Positions 31,201-45,559 of a stretch of 64,000 nucleotides of DNA are shown one piece after another. Numbering within the stretch: position 1 is the first letter of the stretch; every line of letters starts with the position of its first letter. The notes beneath the pieces are model-generated. The model was not told the origin of the DNA and ran no database searches. It worked only from the letters and a program-made list of their open reading frames with translations. The position numbers and the translations under genes are program-made. The stretch comes from Octopus sinensis (Eukaryota), in the NCBI RefSeq assembly GCF_006345805.1, contig NC_043012.1, positions 57,040,001 through 57,104,000 of the forward strand, given 5' to 3'.

Positions 31201-32514
31201 TGTAATTATGAACCAATTTAATTGTGTGTAAATGGATGCAATATGTATCCTGGTGTAAATAATATCATCATAGTTAAATCAAGCTGTGAATAACTGAATC
31301 AAAGGTTTACTACTGGTGTTGATAGTTAATCACATATCTCTCATGTACAATATTTATCATAGTAAGTCGGTGAACTGGCAGAAACGTTAGCTCACCGGGC
31401 GAAATGCTTAGCGGTATTTCATCTTTACATTCTGAGTTCAAATTCTGCTGAGGTCAACTTTGCCTTTCATCCTTTTGGGGTCAATAAATTAAGTACCTGT
31501 TGAGTACTGGGGTCGATCTAATCGACAGCCGCCCGCAAAAAAAAATTTTGGGCCTTGTGCCTTGAGTAGAAAAAAATATTTATCACAGTAGATTCAGTGA
31601 TCAAATCCTGGAGGAGTTTCCTCAATACAAAGGGTCTGTTCCACATGTATTGTTATGCATATTCTGTTATTCTTTGACTCGCTTTAATCATTGGACTGTG
31701 GCCATGCTGGGGCACTGCCTGTAGAGATTTAGTCAAATATATCGACCCCATGAGTTGTTAAAATATTTTTTGTTTGATATATCCTTACACACACACACAT
31801 TGAAAAGACATGCCAAGCTAGGTAAAAGTGTGGCTGCCCCTGCATACAGGCTCTTCTCCTGCAACCCTCTCCAGCTGAGCATCCCTAATCTTGTGGGCTC
31901 ATAGGTGATGGTGCCATGTAAAAAGCTGTGTAGAAGCACCCAGTACACTCTGTAAAGTGGTTGGCATTAGGAAGGGTATCCAGCCATAGCAGCTATGCCA
32001 AAACAGACATGAACCCTGAACAGCCCTTCAGCTGGTCACCTCCTATCAAACCACCCAACCCTTGCCAGCTTGAAAAATGGGAATTAAATGATAATGATGA
32101 CGATGATGATATATACACATACGCACACACACACACATATATATCATCATCAATATATATATATATATATATAAACACACACAGGCATAGGTATGGCTGT
32201 GTGGTAAGAAGCTTGGTTTCCATCCACATGGTTCTGGGTTCAGTCTCACTGTGTGGCATCTTGGGTAAGTGTCTTCCACTATAACCTTGGATCTACCAAA
32301 GCCTTGTGAGTAGATTTGGTAGACTGAAACTGAAAGAAGCCTGTCATATATACATATATGTGTGTGTATGTGTGTGCATGCTTGCATGCGTATGTGTGTC
32401 TGTTCCTATATTTGTCCTCCTCCATCACCTCACATCTGGTGTTGGTGTGGTTATGTCCTCGTAATTTAGTCATTTGGCAAAAGAATATAACATACTTTTC
32501 TTTTATAAGACTAG

Positions 32515-35500
32515 CATTAAAACATAGTGCATATGCACAGCAGAGTTCAAAGTCAATCTTTGTCAAGCAACTTCACTGTTTATGTGCTTGAACTTTGTTA
32601 CTAGTGCAACAATCTGGATACTTACGTTATTTTTTTGTTTTTTGTTTTTTTGCCTTTGGTCAGGAAATGTTATTCCCTATTTGCTTCTATCTTGAAATCA
32701 CTACTATTCCCTTCAAACTTTGCTTATGTCACCTGGACATCAATGTTTTGAAACTGACCTATTTCGCCATTACGTTTCAGACAGATTCAGTGTCTGAGTT
32801 GCTGAAGCAGAAATATTGTTACAGCAAATACTCTGATCAATACCTCAGATTGGCTTCTCAGTTGATTGACCGTAACCACTTGAGCATGTCCTTTGGTGGC
32901 TGACAATATGTACACCTTTGCTGATGAGCAGGAGTTGTGGGAGAACACCACAGCCATGTATTGAGAGGGATTCTTTCAGGTTTGAATAAATGTAACAAAA
33001 GCAAAGTTTGAAGGAAATAGTGTCCATTTTTCATGGTTTCTAGGGGTAAGCAAAAAGGAAATATCAGTTGCTACCCTAGGACACATTGTTATTATTATTA
33101 TATTGAGCTGGTAGAAACGTTAGCATGCCGGGTGAAATGCGTAGCCGTATTTCGTCTGCCGTTACATTCTGAGTTCAAATTCCGCCGAGGTCGACTTTGC
33201 CTTTTATCCTTTCAGGGTCGATAAATTAAGTACCAGTTGCATACTGCGGTCCATCTAATCGACTGGCCGCCTCTCCCAACATTTCAGGCCTTGTGCCTAG
33301 AGTAGAAAAGAATATTATATCTGTTTAAGGCATTGAGCTGGCAGAATTGTTAGCATACTGGTAAAATGCTTAGTGGTATTTCATCGATTCTGAGATCAAA
33401 TTCCGCTGAAGTCGACTTTGACTTTTATCCTTTCGGGGTCGATAAATTAAGTACCAGTTGCATATTGGGGTCAATCTAATCGACTGGCTACCTCCCCCAA
33501 AATTTTGGGCCTTGTGCCTAGAGTAGAAAAGAATATTATTATTTCTGTTAAAGGCATTGAGCTGGCAGAATTGTTAGCACACTGGCAAAATGCTTAGTGG
33601 TATTTCATCCATTCTGAGATCAAATTCTGCCATGGTTGACTTTGCTTTCATTCTTTTCAGGGTCAATAAAACAAATACCAGGTGAGTATTGGGGTTGATG
33701 TAATCAATTATACCCCTCCCACAAAATTTCAGATCCCATGCCTATCATAAAAAGGGTTAACATATTTATTTGTTTTGCTGTTAAGATTGAAAACAGTCGA
33801 CTTTGTCTGTAAAAAAATTTGGACCTGGGTCCAAAGAATATAACATACTTTTCTTTTATAAGACTGGTACTTGTGTACCAGTCTTATAAAAGAAAAGTAC
33901 AGGGGTCGATTCATTTGACTAAAAGCTTTTCATGCGGTGCTCCAGCATGGCCTCAGTCTAGTGACTGAAACAAATAAAAGAGTGAAAAAGAATATACACT
34001 GACATACATATAAAAAGACAAAGCCTTGATTGCTTATGCATTATTATCACTTAGGACAGAAACTTCCATTGTGTTTTTTATGGAGGACCATAAACAAGCC
34101 GTGGTTCATTTTGACATGACCTGAATGTATACAATACACCTACATACATCCATACATACATATATGAATAGTGTCAGGTTTCTATTCTTTCATGAATATA
34201 TCAATTGAGTGAACAATAAGCAACAAAAATCCAGTGGTGGGAGAATGAAGTTTGCTTGACTCCAAACCCAGGTCCAAATTTTTTTACAGACAAAGTCGAC
34301 TGTTTTCAATCTTAACAGCAAAACAAATAAATATGTTAACCCTTTTTATGATAGGCATGGGGTCTGAAATTTTGTGGGAAGGGTATAATTGATTACATCA
34401 ACCCCAATACTCACCTGGTACTTGTTTTATTGACCCTGAAAAGAATGAAAGCAAAGTCAACCTTGGCAGAATTTGATCTCAGAATGGATGAAATACCACT
34501 AAGCATTTTGCCAGTGTGCTAACAATTCTGCCAGCTCAATGCCTTTAACAGAAATAATAATATTCTTTTCTACTCTAGGCACAAGGCCCAAAATTTTGGG
34601 GGAGGTAGCCAGTCGATTAGATTGACCCCAATATGCAACTGGTACTTAATTTATCGACCCCGAAAGGATAAAAGTCAAAGTCGACTTCAGCGGAATTTGA
34701 TCTCAGAATCGATGAAATACCACTAAGCATTTTACCAGTATGCTAACAATTCTGCCAGCTCAATGCCTTAAACAGATATAATATTCTTTTCTACTCAAGG
34801 CACATGGCCCAAAATTTTAGGGGAGGTAGCCAGTCGATTAGATGGACCGCAGTATGCAACTGGTACTTAATTTATCGACACTGAAAGGATAAAAGGCAAA
34901 GTCGACCTCGGCAGAATTTGAACTCAGAATGTAACGGCAGACGAAATACGGCTACGCATTTCACCTGGCGGGCTAATGTTTCTACCAGCTCAATATAATA
35001 ATAATAACAGTGTGTCCTAGGGTAGCAACTGATATTTCCTTTTTGCTTACCCCTAGAAACCATGAAAAATGGACACTATTTCCTTCAAACTTTGCTTTTG
35101 TTACATTTATTCAAACCTGAAAGAATCCCTCTCAATACATGACTGTGGTGTTCTCCCACAACTCCTGCTCATCAACAAAGGTGTACATATTGTCAGCCAC
35201 CAAGGGACATGCTCAAGTGGTTAAGGTCAATCAACTGAGAAGCCAATCTGAGGTATTGATCAGAGTATTTGCTGTAACAATATTTCTGCTTCAGCAACTC
35301 AGACACTGAATTTGTCTGAAACGTAATGGCGAAATAGGTCAGTTTCAAAACATTGATGTTCAGGTGATATAAGCAAAGTTTGAAGGGAATAATAGTGATT
35401 TCCTTTGATTTCAAGATAGAAAATAGGGATAACATTTACTGACCAAAGGCAAAAAACAAAACAAAAAAAGACATAAGTATCCAGGCTGTCGCACTAGTAA

Positions 35501-35581
35501 CAAAGTTAAAGCACACACAGTGAAGTTGCTTGACAAAGATTGACTTTGAACTCTGCTGTGCATATGCACTATGTTTTAATG
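32515..35581. repeat. Inverted duplication: 1316-bp arms (32515-33830, 34266-35581), 435-bp spacer
   Basis: Arm ends match as reverse complements; ORF 33033-33224 (+) is mirrored by 34872-35063 (-). Confidence 0.92.
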
Positions 35582-35585
35582 TTCT

Positions 35586-36280
35586 AGATCACTTCTGCTG
35601 CTTACAGCAGTGCTTGGGAGGAACGTGTATAGTGTATTATTGTCGCATTAATCATAACAGAGAAAGTTGAGCAGGAAGTCTGCATCAAATTTTTCCAAAA
35701 GCTCGGTGATATCTGCTTAGAGGTCTGCACAAAGTTTTCAAAAAATATTCATCGTTCTCAACACAATCAAGATCCTGTGCAACCGAAACCCGAGTGTCTT
35801 TTTGGTCAGCTGAAAGCAGTTTTGGCATAAACTTGGCAGACATGCATCTCATACCCAAATCTTCTGTGATAATGGACTGAACTGAACTGTAACTAATCTG
35901 CACATCTTCTGATAACTCACAGATGGTGATTCGACAATTTCCCCTCACAGTTGCATGCATATCTGCAATGTTTTTCTCAGTTCTGCTGTTTGCAGGTCTC
36001 CCTGGACATTCATCAATATTGACATTTTTTCAGCCATCTTGAAAATATCTGAACCACTTGTATACTTGTGTGCGGCTCATACATTCTTCTCCATACACTT
36101 CCTGCAACTTTGCATAGGCCTCTGAGTAGGTATTGCCATGACAACTTTCTCCATCATGACCAATGTGATGATCACACGCTACACACCTTCCTTCCAAGCA
36201 CTGCTGCAAAAAGCAGAAGTGAGCTAGAATGTTAAAATTTAGTGTGCACAAACAGCAGAGATCAAGGTCAATTTGTGCCC
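35586..36280 (-). mobile_element. Mariner-family transposase relic (two 5' pieces in opposite orientation)
   Basis: VYGEECMSRTQVYKWFRYFQDG and ITEDLGMRCMSAKFMPKLLS (HTH and WVPRLL-like linker), with stops. Confidence 0.7.
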
Positions 36281-36840
36281 AGCATCTTCACTCTGTGTGC
36301 TTTAGCTTCATTACTTTGGCAACAGGCCGGATACTTATTGATCAGACCGCGTATATATACTAAACAATTTTTACTTAAAACACTTTGTAGAAGAACTTTG
36401 TGTACTAGAACTAAAATTGGTGAACTCCTTCATGCACTATGACAGAAACTGTAGAAAAAGCTTTTTCTTTCTCTCCATTTTTCTCTTTTCTCTTTTTCTT
36501 TCTCCTTTATTTTTCATAAAAATTTAATATGACTGGGCTTTCAATCATGTATATTTGTTATGATCTTCATCAAACATTCAAACTCAATGAGATTTCTATG
36601 AACATTTGATTGTTTAAACATATTTTTCTGAAGTTTACCTTGTAATTTCAGACTCTCCTAAATCCCTTATGTATTTACTTTCCATCACTGATAAAAAAAA
36701 AAATTGTTGAAACCGGTTTGGTATTTGAATAAATCTAAAACAAAATTTTTAAATGACTAGATGTTTTGAGATTCAGGTTCATTTTCCAACCCAAAACGAA
36801 TTCTCCTATATTATTTTCTGTGTGGAAATACACTTCTTTC

Positions 36841-36890
<50 letters not shown>

Positions 36891-37405
36891 ATGATATATA
36901 TATACTATCATAAGCATAATCATCATCATTGTTTAACATCTATTTTACATGCTGGCATGGGTCAGACGGTTTAACATGAAGCTGGCCAGCTGGAGAGCTG
37001 TCCAGACTACAACTGCTGTAGCATGGTTTCTATAGCTAGATGCTCTTCCTAACGCCAACCACTTAACAGTGTGTTGGGTGCTTTTTACCAGCCACAGGCA
37101 TGGGTGCGTTTATGCAGCACTGTCATGGGTGCATTTTATGTGGCACAAGCACCTGAAAGGACAAGCCAGTATGTGTGACAGATTGTGATTTTATTGGGTT
37201 GTCCGGAAAGTTCGTGACGATTTATAGTAGCTTACCTTTCGACCTAATTTAGAACATGGTTGAGTCCATAAAATAGGATTTGACTACACCTCCATTTGTC
37301 TTAAAGCATTCAGACAAGAAAATTCAGATGTAGCACATGGGGTATTATTCCATACGAATATCCACATATTTATATTCAGAGTTTCATGATAAAAACATAG
37401 AAATA

Positions 37406-37971
37406 TTGGGTTGTCCGGAAAGTTCGTGCCGATTTATAGTAGCATATCTTGCGACTTATTTTAGAACATGGTTGAGTCCATGAAATAGGATTTGACTACA
37501 CCTCCATTTAGAACTCAGTTTAAGCTATCTTTTCATAGAAGAAGGTTCATGTTCCTATAACCTGTGTTAATTCTGTAACCCTTTAAAATGGAAGATAAGA
37601 AAGTTCATTTTCGGCACTTGATGCTTTGGGAACCAAACAAAAATTGCTGCAGCTCGGCTGGGATGTGTTACCTCACCCTCCACATTCACCAGATATTGCT
37701 CCTTCGGATTTCCACTTATTCAGGTCTCTGCAGAATAGTCTTAATGGTAAAAATTTCAATTTCTTAGATGACGTAAAAAGATACCTTGATGAATTCTTTG
37801 CCATGAAACAATCTCAATTCTGGAAAGAGGTTATTTTCAAGTTAAAGGAAAGATGGAGAGGCATTGTGCAACAAAATGGTTCATATTTGGTTGATTAAAA
37901 ATGTAATGGCAAGTATTTATTGACCTTTTTCTTTCCTTTAAAAATCAGCACGAACTTTCTGGACAACCTAA
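37406..37971 (+). mobile_element. Internally deleted mariner element with TIRs and TA flanks (extra partial 5' end at 37194-37297)
   Basis: TA-TTGGGTTGTCCGGAAAGTTCGTG...CACGAACTTTCTGGACAACCTAA-TA; encodes WDVLPHPPHSPDIAPSDFHLFRSLQN. Confidence 0.85.
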
Positions 37972-40246
37972 TACTTAGCTTGACACATCTTTTCAGGTAC
38001 AGCAAATTTCCACAATTCCTAGTCCCTTGTCAGCATCAACTGGAATTTTTATGTATCTCTAATTGACTGAGGATTCCTTTAGTTTCCATAGCTTCTTTCT
38101 CCAGATTGTATTGATATTTTGTTTCTGAAACTGTCACTAAAAACACTAATACATGCTGGGTGATGGCATTCACCAATCAAAAAATGATTAATACTTACAA
38201 ACATCTGTCTCTCCCATTTCATGGTGAGAATAAAATCTATCTGACTTGTGCATTTGTCTAATTAGGAAGGGGATCAGATGGTTGGCTGATTTCTTGAAGT
38301 TTGTGTAGCAGATGGATATAGGGTTGGGAACAGGAGATGCAAAGGTAACTCCTAAAATTTTTTTTGGAGGAGCAATTAAAATGTTTTGGACATCTTGGGT
38401 TTGCACCCACTAATCATATTTTAGTTCCTGCACTTATGCAGCTGGACAGTACGTGCTTTTCAAAGTACTCTGATAACCTTCATCATACATCATTTCTCAT
38501 ACTAAAACCAATGCCACCAGGTCTATCAGAGAAGCCCTCATGGTTTTGTCCAGTATGTCTATTAAAATCTTCAACCACAATAATGAGGTTGCTGTTAATT
38601 ATAGTTAACAAAGTCAATTGGTAACAGCTATCCTTCTGGTCAGTGGATGTATAGAGATAAATGTTGTTAGAAAATTGGCTATAATTAGTCTAAGCTTAAT
38701 CAATTACCTTACCCTAACTTCCTCAACTATTTTAACTACTGTTAAAATACACATGTACACACACATTTCCCAAAGATATTCACAGTAAAAAAAAAGCGAA
38801 ATTAGAATAGAAAATATATAAAAACAAAGAAACCTAACAAAATAAAAAGAAAAGTTGTAAACATCATTTAAATGTTAAAAGGACTTCTTAATTACATTCA
38901 TCATCATCATTTAACATGCAGGTTCTGTGCTAGCATGGTTTGGACAGTTTGACAGGATCCAATGGGCCCCAGGACAGTATCATGCTCCAGTGTCTCCTTT
39001 GGCATGATTTCTTCAGTTGGAATGTGTCTGTGTGTGTGTGTGTGTATGTTTGTGCTTGTGTACATATCATCATCATTCTTTAACATCAGTTTTCCATGCT
39101 GGCATGGGTTGCACTATAAATATCTTTATATATATAAAGCAGGATGTGTGTATGTACGTAATTGTAATTTATGCATGTCCACAAATTAGCATGCATGTCG
39201 CTCCAATTTTAGGAGGACATTCGTCAACATCCTACCTGGGTTTTGTCAACTTATTTTTTTCCCAAGGCACCCACGGATACAGGTAAAAATCTATTTTCAG
39301 CCATAGTTTTTACCTATTTTGAAGGTTGTTAACATAAGTTAAGTCCCTTCTAGCCATAGTCAAGTGAAAGTGCGTGTGTGAGGGAGAGAGAGAAGTTGTG
39401 TGTTAATGTATGTGTGTGTGTGTGTGTGAGGGAGAGAGAGTGTTTCGAAACGTCTAACAAAAATAGTAAAGTAAAAGTATGTGTAATGAAGAGTGGGAGA
39501 TAGTTTGATAGTGATCTAACAAAAAAAAAGGTAAAGACAAAGTGAGAGAGAGAGAGGGGGGAGGGAGAATAAGTCACAGCGTTCATAAAAAATAAAATGT
39601 TTTGTTTTTTCTTAAACACAAGATATAGTGTTCAAATTTAGGATGTTTTTGAAAAACACTATATTTTATAATCAGAGTATATAAATTTTCTCACACAACA
39701 ATTACAATATATTTATCTTAAATCCTTCATCTTTCTCCACTCCCCTCTCTCACACATATATTACTTTGGGTGTGAAAGAGTTTTGTTTTTATTTTACGCT
39801 GAGTAAAAAAGTGTTTTGTTGAGAATCCATTTATTTAACATATCAGCACTGCCTTTCAAATATCTCATGAACATTACAAACACCTGACAGCAGAGCCGTC
39901 AAGCATATAACAGAAGTTATCTTTATTTCCTTAAATAACCCTACCAATTTCAACGGATTTCGCCCAAATTTGACGTCGATATTACTTAGTTTGGCTTGAA
40001 ATAAAGAACTTGATTAGCTAAATAATCGTAACTTAATCCCGGGCAAGACCGAGTTAAACTGCTAGTAATATATATGTGTGTGTGTGTGTGATTATTATTA
40101 TTATTGTTGTTTTAACACATTTCTGGACTGGAAACAAGGAAAAAGTGAAATATGGGAGAAATCAGTAAATTAGAAAAACCAATTTATGCATTTTATAATA
40201 TATGTATGTGTTTGCAGCTATATATATATCTATGAAGGTGGTGAGC

Positions 40247-40615
40247 TGGCAGAAACGTTAGCACGCCGGGCGAAATGCTTAGCTGCATTTCGTCTGCCGT
40301 TACGCTCTGAGTTCAAATTCCGCAGAAGTCAAATTTGCCTTTCATCCTTTCGGGGTTGATTAAATAAGTTGGCAGAAACGTTAGCACGCCGGGCGAAATG
40401 CTTAGCTGCATTTCGTCTGCCGTTACGCTCTGAGTTCAAATTCCGCAGAAGTCAAATTTGCCTTTCATCCTTTCGGGGTTGATTAAATAAGTTGGCAGAA
40501 ACGTTAGCACGCCGGGCGAAATGCTTAGCTGCATTTCGTCTGCCGTTACGCTCTGAGTTCAAATTCCGCAGAAGTCAAATTTGCCTTTCATCCTTTCGGG
40601 GTTGATTAAATAAGT
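40247..40615 (+). repeat. Triplication of a 123-bp SINE head
   Basis: Units start at 40247, 40370 and 40493 and look identical. Confidence 0.9.
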
Positions 40616-42159
40616 ACCAGTTACGCACTGGGGTCGATATAATCGACTTAATCTGTTTGTTTGTCCTCCCTGTGTTTAGCCCCTTGTGGGTAGTAAAGAA
40701 ATAGGTATTTTGTCTGTCTTTACATTCTGAGTTCAAATTCCTCCAAGGCTGACTTTTTCCTTTCATCCTTTCGGGGTCAATAAATTAAGTATCAGTTGTG
40801 TATTGGAGTTGGTCTAATCGACTGGTCCCCTCCTGGAAAATTTCAGGCCTTGTGCCTAGAGTAGAAAAGTATATATGTATGTATATAACTATATATGTAA
40901 GTATGAATTTTTGCTGAGCTGAATTTCTTCTTGAGAGAGTCCAAGCCAGTCACTAACAAGGCAAGAAAATTTTTTGAGTTGAGTTGTGATACCCGTGTTG
41001 ATGGCACGTAAAAAGCACCATCCAAACGTGGCCGATACCAGTGCCGCCTTGACTGGCGTCCATGCCGGTGGCATGTAAAAAGCACCATCCAAATGTGGCC
41101 ATTGCCAGCCTCCTCTGGCTCCTAAGCCAGTGGCACGTAAAAAGCACACACTACACTCACAGTGGTTGGCGCTAGGAAGGGCATCCAGCTGTAGAAATAC
41201 TGCAAGATCAGACTGGAGCCTGGTGCAGCCTCCTGGCTTCCCAAACACCGGTCAAACTGTCCAACCCATGCTAGCATGGAAAACGGACGTTAAATGATGA
41301 TGATGATGATGAGAAAGTTCTCTGTGTCTGTCGGTGTGTTGGTTGAACTGTTGCTGTATACACCCAAGTGTGTGCGTCAATTTACATAAGAATCTCAGTT
41401 GGAGAATTTGGGGAATATTTTACAAATCTTTCACTATTTCAATAACAAATTGGATTTGGAGAAACCATGTCAGTTTCTTTTGCTCTTTCTCTGTGAAACC
41501 AAATAATTCTAGGTTTTTGTGCAAATTTGTTGGTACATAACCTGATGCACCTATGATGATAGACACAAATTTATGCATGAATGTCTGTATGTATAGGTGC
41601 TGGCATGGTTGTGTGGTTAAGAAGTTTGCTTTTTAACCACATGATTTTGAGTTCAATCTCACTGCACAGCACCTTCAGAAAGTGTTTTCTGCAATAGCTC
41701 CTTGTGATCGATTTAGCAGATGGAAACAAAAAGAAACCTATCATTTATATATTCTTGCATATCTCTGTGTGTGTGTGTGCATATGCATTTGCACAGGCAT
41801 ATATGCATGTATCCATATGTGTATGTTTATGTCTGTGCTCGCTCATTTGGAACTTATCACATTCAGGCTGTGTTGTTGATGCTCTGGTCAATGACTTTCT
41901 ACTTGCTCTGAAAGAATGAAGGATCCTTTACTTGAAGAACTAGTAAGGATTAGCAACAGGGAGGGCATTTGGCTGTGAAACAGCACCTCAATACCTACAC
42001 TAGCACTGCAAAAAAATGGATATAAAACATATGAATGAATATATATTATTAGAAGATAGAGAAAGAGAAACAAGTTGTGCTAAAGACCATTTGAGCTAGC
42101 AGTGCATTATATATATATATATATATATAGACATACAGACATTCATGCATATATACATA

Positions 42160-42199
<40 letters not shown>

Positions 42200-42331
42200 G
42201 TGTATACATATATATATTATATGTGTATATATATATATATACACACATATATACATATAAATATATATATGTATATATACATACATACATAAATACATAT
42301 ATATATATATACACACACACACATATATATG

Positions 42332-43595
42332 TCAGGTCATCCCATAAGTTCTGTCCAATTTTACCTTTTTTAAAATTAAATGAAATTTAATAGTATTTTA
42401 GAATGTCTAATGGAATTAAAAATTATTTTTATGCATTTGTGTACATTTAAACTAATTAAATATTATTTTACAGAATAATAGAATTAGAATTTCTTTGATT
42501 AAAACCCTTTCTGACATGGAAGTATCCAAAGAGCATTTGAGGCACATAATGCTTTATGAGTACAAAAAAGGAAACTCTGTAGCCAAAGTTACCCGAAACA
42601 TACACTCAGTTTATGGGAAAGAATGCTTGAATGAAAGAACTTGCAGAAGATTGTTTGCAAAATTCAGAAGTGGAAATTTCAGCCTTGAAGATGAAGATCG
42701 AACAGGACGTCCAGTTGAGTTTGATGATAAGCTCCTTGAAGCATTACTTGAAGAAAATCCTGCATTATCAGTTGAAGAATTGGCAATAAAGCTTAGTTCA
42801 AACTATACAACTGTTCATTATCATCTTCAACAACTTGGAAAATGGGTGCCTCATGAATTGTCCAAAAGCAACTGCAAATCCTGAGTTGACATCTGCTCTT
42901 CTCTGCATTCTCATGAACTCATTTCACCCTTTTTGGATAGACTTGTGACTGGTGACAAAAAATGGATCTTCTATCGAAATGTTAAATGTTGTAAACAGTG
43001 GCTTGGTGAGAAGGGAACTTCATAGGAAAAAGGTTCTTCTCTCTATCTGGTGGGATTTCAAAGGAGTAATTCACTTTGAATTGTTACTACCTAATGCAAC
43101 AATCAATGCTCAAGTCTACTGTAAGCAATTAGAGCATTTGAACCAAGCTTTGAAGAAAAAAAGACCTGCTTTAGTGAATCAAAAAGGAGTGATGTTTCAT
43201 CAGGACAATGAGTGACCCCACACTTCAAAGATCACAACACAGAAGATTGAAGAGCTTGGTTGATAAAAAATTCCTCATCCACCCTATTCTCCTGACCTTG
43301 CTCTTTCAGACTACCATTTGTTTCGTAGTTTACAAAACCATTTGGGGGACATAACTTATGCAAACCAGGAGGAGGTCGAAACTGACATTTTCAAATTCTT
43401 CACTTTGAAACCAAAAGAGTTTTAAAATAATAATAAGGAAACTTACATTGATGGGATTAAAAAGCTTGTAAATAGATGGAAGGAAGTCATAAATAATCAC
43501 AGAAAGTACATTGATTTAAAATTTCAATTAAATATAACTTTTGATCACTTGTTTTCTTTATTCAAAATTCGGACAGAACTTATGGGATGACCTGA
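42332..43595 (+). mobile_element. Near full-length mariner element (1264 bp), transposase pseudogene
   Basis: TIRs TCAGGTCATCCCATAAGTTCTGTCC / GGACAGAACTTATGGGATGACCTGA. Motifs WVPHEL, GDKKWI, HQDN, YSPDLALSDYHLF, broken by stops and frameshifts. Confidence 0.9.
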
Positions 43596-43880
43596 TATAT
43601 AAAATATAAAGGAATAAGGATTTGGAATTTGGGTAGGTACTTAGCTCTCTGATATAATCCATGTTCTGGCTAACCACATCAAATGATATGGAACACATAA
43701 AATTGTTTGAGATAAACAATTACAAGGTATTTCACTTGGTAGGTAAATCTTGAGTTTGCCTCATTGGATTTTATATAAAGCATACAAATTATATAATTAA
43801 GACATCATATGAAAGAATGAGGAATTATACATCCTCAAAATTTGTTTTCTTCATTCTTTTTATGGAGTCTTATTTGTATG

Positions 43881-43912
<32 letters not shown>

Positions 43913-43953
43913 TGTGTGTGTGTGTGTGTATGTGTTTATATGTACATATATAT

Positions 43954-44021
<68 letters not shown>

Positions 44022-44099
44022 TGCACACATACACATTTATATTCTATTAGAGAGAGAGAGAGAGCAATAATGAAAATGGTTGTAGAATTCACTAGTTAG

Positions 44100-44540
44100 A
44101 GCCAGTCATCAGGATATCTCTGATAAAGAATATTTAATAAAAGGCGAAGGAATGAGCAAACATAGTGGAATCAATTCTAGTATCTCAAGAAAACCATGTA
44201 ACTGTCCTAACACAGATTTGTGTCTGGTTGACCGGCAATGCCAAATGAATGACATTGCTTTCAAAATACATTGGTCTACAAGTACCACCATATGAGCATT
44301 TATCAGTAATAACCTCAAACTCCTTCAAAATGTGGTGCTACTTTCATACACACGTATTTAAAAATCCCAATAAATCCAAATGGACATCACTGGTTGCATA
44401 CATTTTTGGGTAGTTATGATTGAACTGCTATCATTCCAACTCTATTGGAAACTCCTAAAGATAATGAATTTCCCTGTAAAAACAAGGAATATTGTAACCT
44501 GGAGATCTCAGAAATCTATCACTCTTACACAAAGTCACTG
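44100..44540 (+). pseudogene. Possible Penelope-like element linker/GIY-YIG relic
   Basis: KPCNCPNTDLCLVDRQCQMNDIAFK resembles the CNC...C...C linker of PLEs; heavily decayed. Confidence 0.3.
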
Positions 44541-45200
44541 AACTCTTTTTTTTTTATCATCATGTATTCACAGTATTTTTAAGGTATATACACACATTAA
44601 ACCAATTGACTAATTAGTGAATTAATGAATTCTGGATGTTTTCTTTTTATTTATTTTTTTTTCATATATTCATTTTACCTTTCCCATATTGCTTATCACA
44701 CCGGGATGACTTAGGATCACTTTCCAATATATTTCATGCTGCCATGGTGCTTTTGCCATCAGTTTTGCATGAAGTATTTAGAATTCGATCAGCGTTTAAC
44801 ATGTGCATGGGTATTTGACTGGAACTTAATTGTTGTTGCCACTTATAGTTGCTTACAGAGTAAGAGGTGGAGTAGGAAGAGGAAGAGGAGAGAGACAGAT
44901 TACTGAGAGATTAGAGAGAGGGTGGATATTCTTCTTAAGGGAAAATACATCTTACTTTTTAAAATATATATTTCTATTAATTTTCTCCACATTTATCTTA
45001 TTCCTTCAGCTTTTATTATAATTATATATACATAGGAGCGGCTGTGTGGTAAGTAGCTTGCTTACAAACCACATGGTTCCAGGTTCAATCCCACTGTGTG
45101 GCACCTTGGGCAAGTGTCTGCTACTAAAGCCTTGGGCCAACCAAAGCCTTGTGAGTGGATTTGGTAGATGGAAACTGAAAGAAGTCCATCGTATATATGC

Positions 45201-45238
<38 letters not shown>

Positions 45239-45559
45239 GTATGTGTGTGTGTATATATGTTTGTGTGTCAGTCTTTGTCCCCCCTCCCCAACGTCGCTTG
45301 ACAACCGATGCTGGTGTGTTCACGTCCCAGTAACTCGGCAAAAGAGACCAATAGAATAAGTGCTAGGCTTACAAAGAATAATTCCTGGGGTTGATTTGCT
45401 TGACTAAAGGCGGTGCTCCAGCATGGCCACAATCAAATGACTGAAACAAATAAAAGAGTAAAAGAGATACATATACATACACGCACACACATGTATATTA
45501 CACACATCATTATGGCTTTGTAACAGCAGAGTAGCATCAAAACAAGAGATTGCACCACA

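Noticed and set aside
40035-40066. Helitron-like 3' end (GC hairpin + CTAGT; similar at ~19620-19650)
   Set aside because: The hairpin is imperfect and no 5' end could be located, so it was not listed as a feature.
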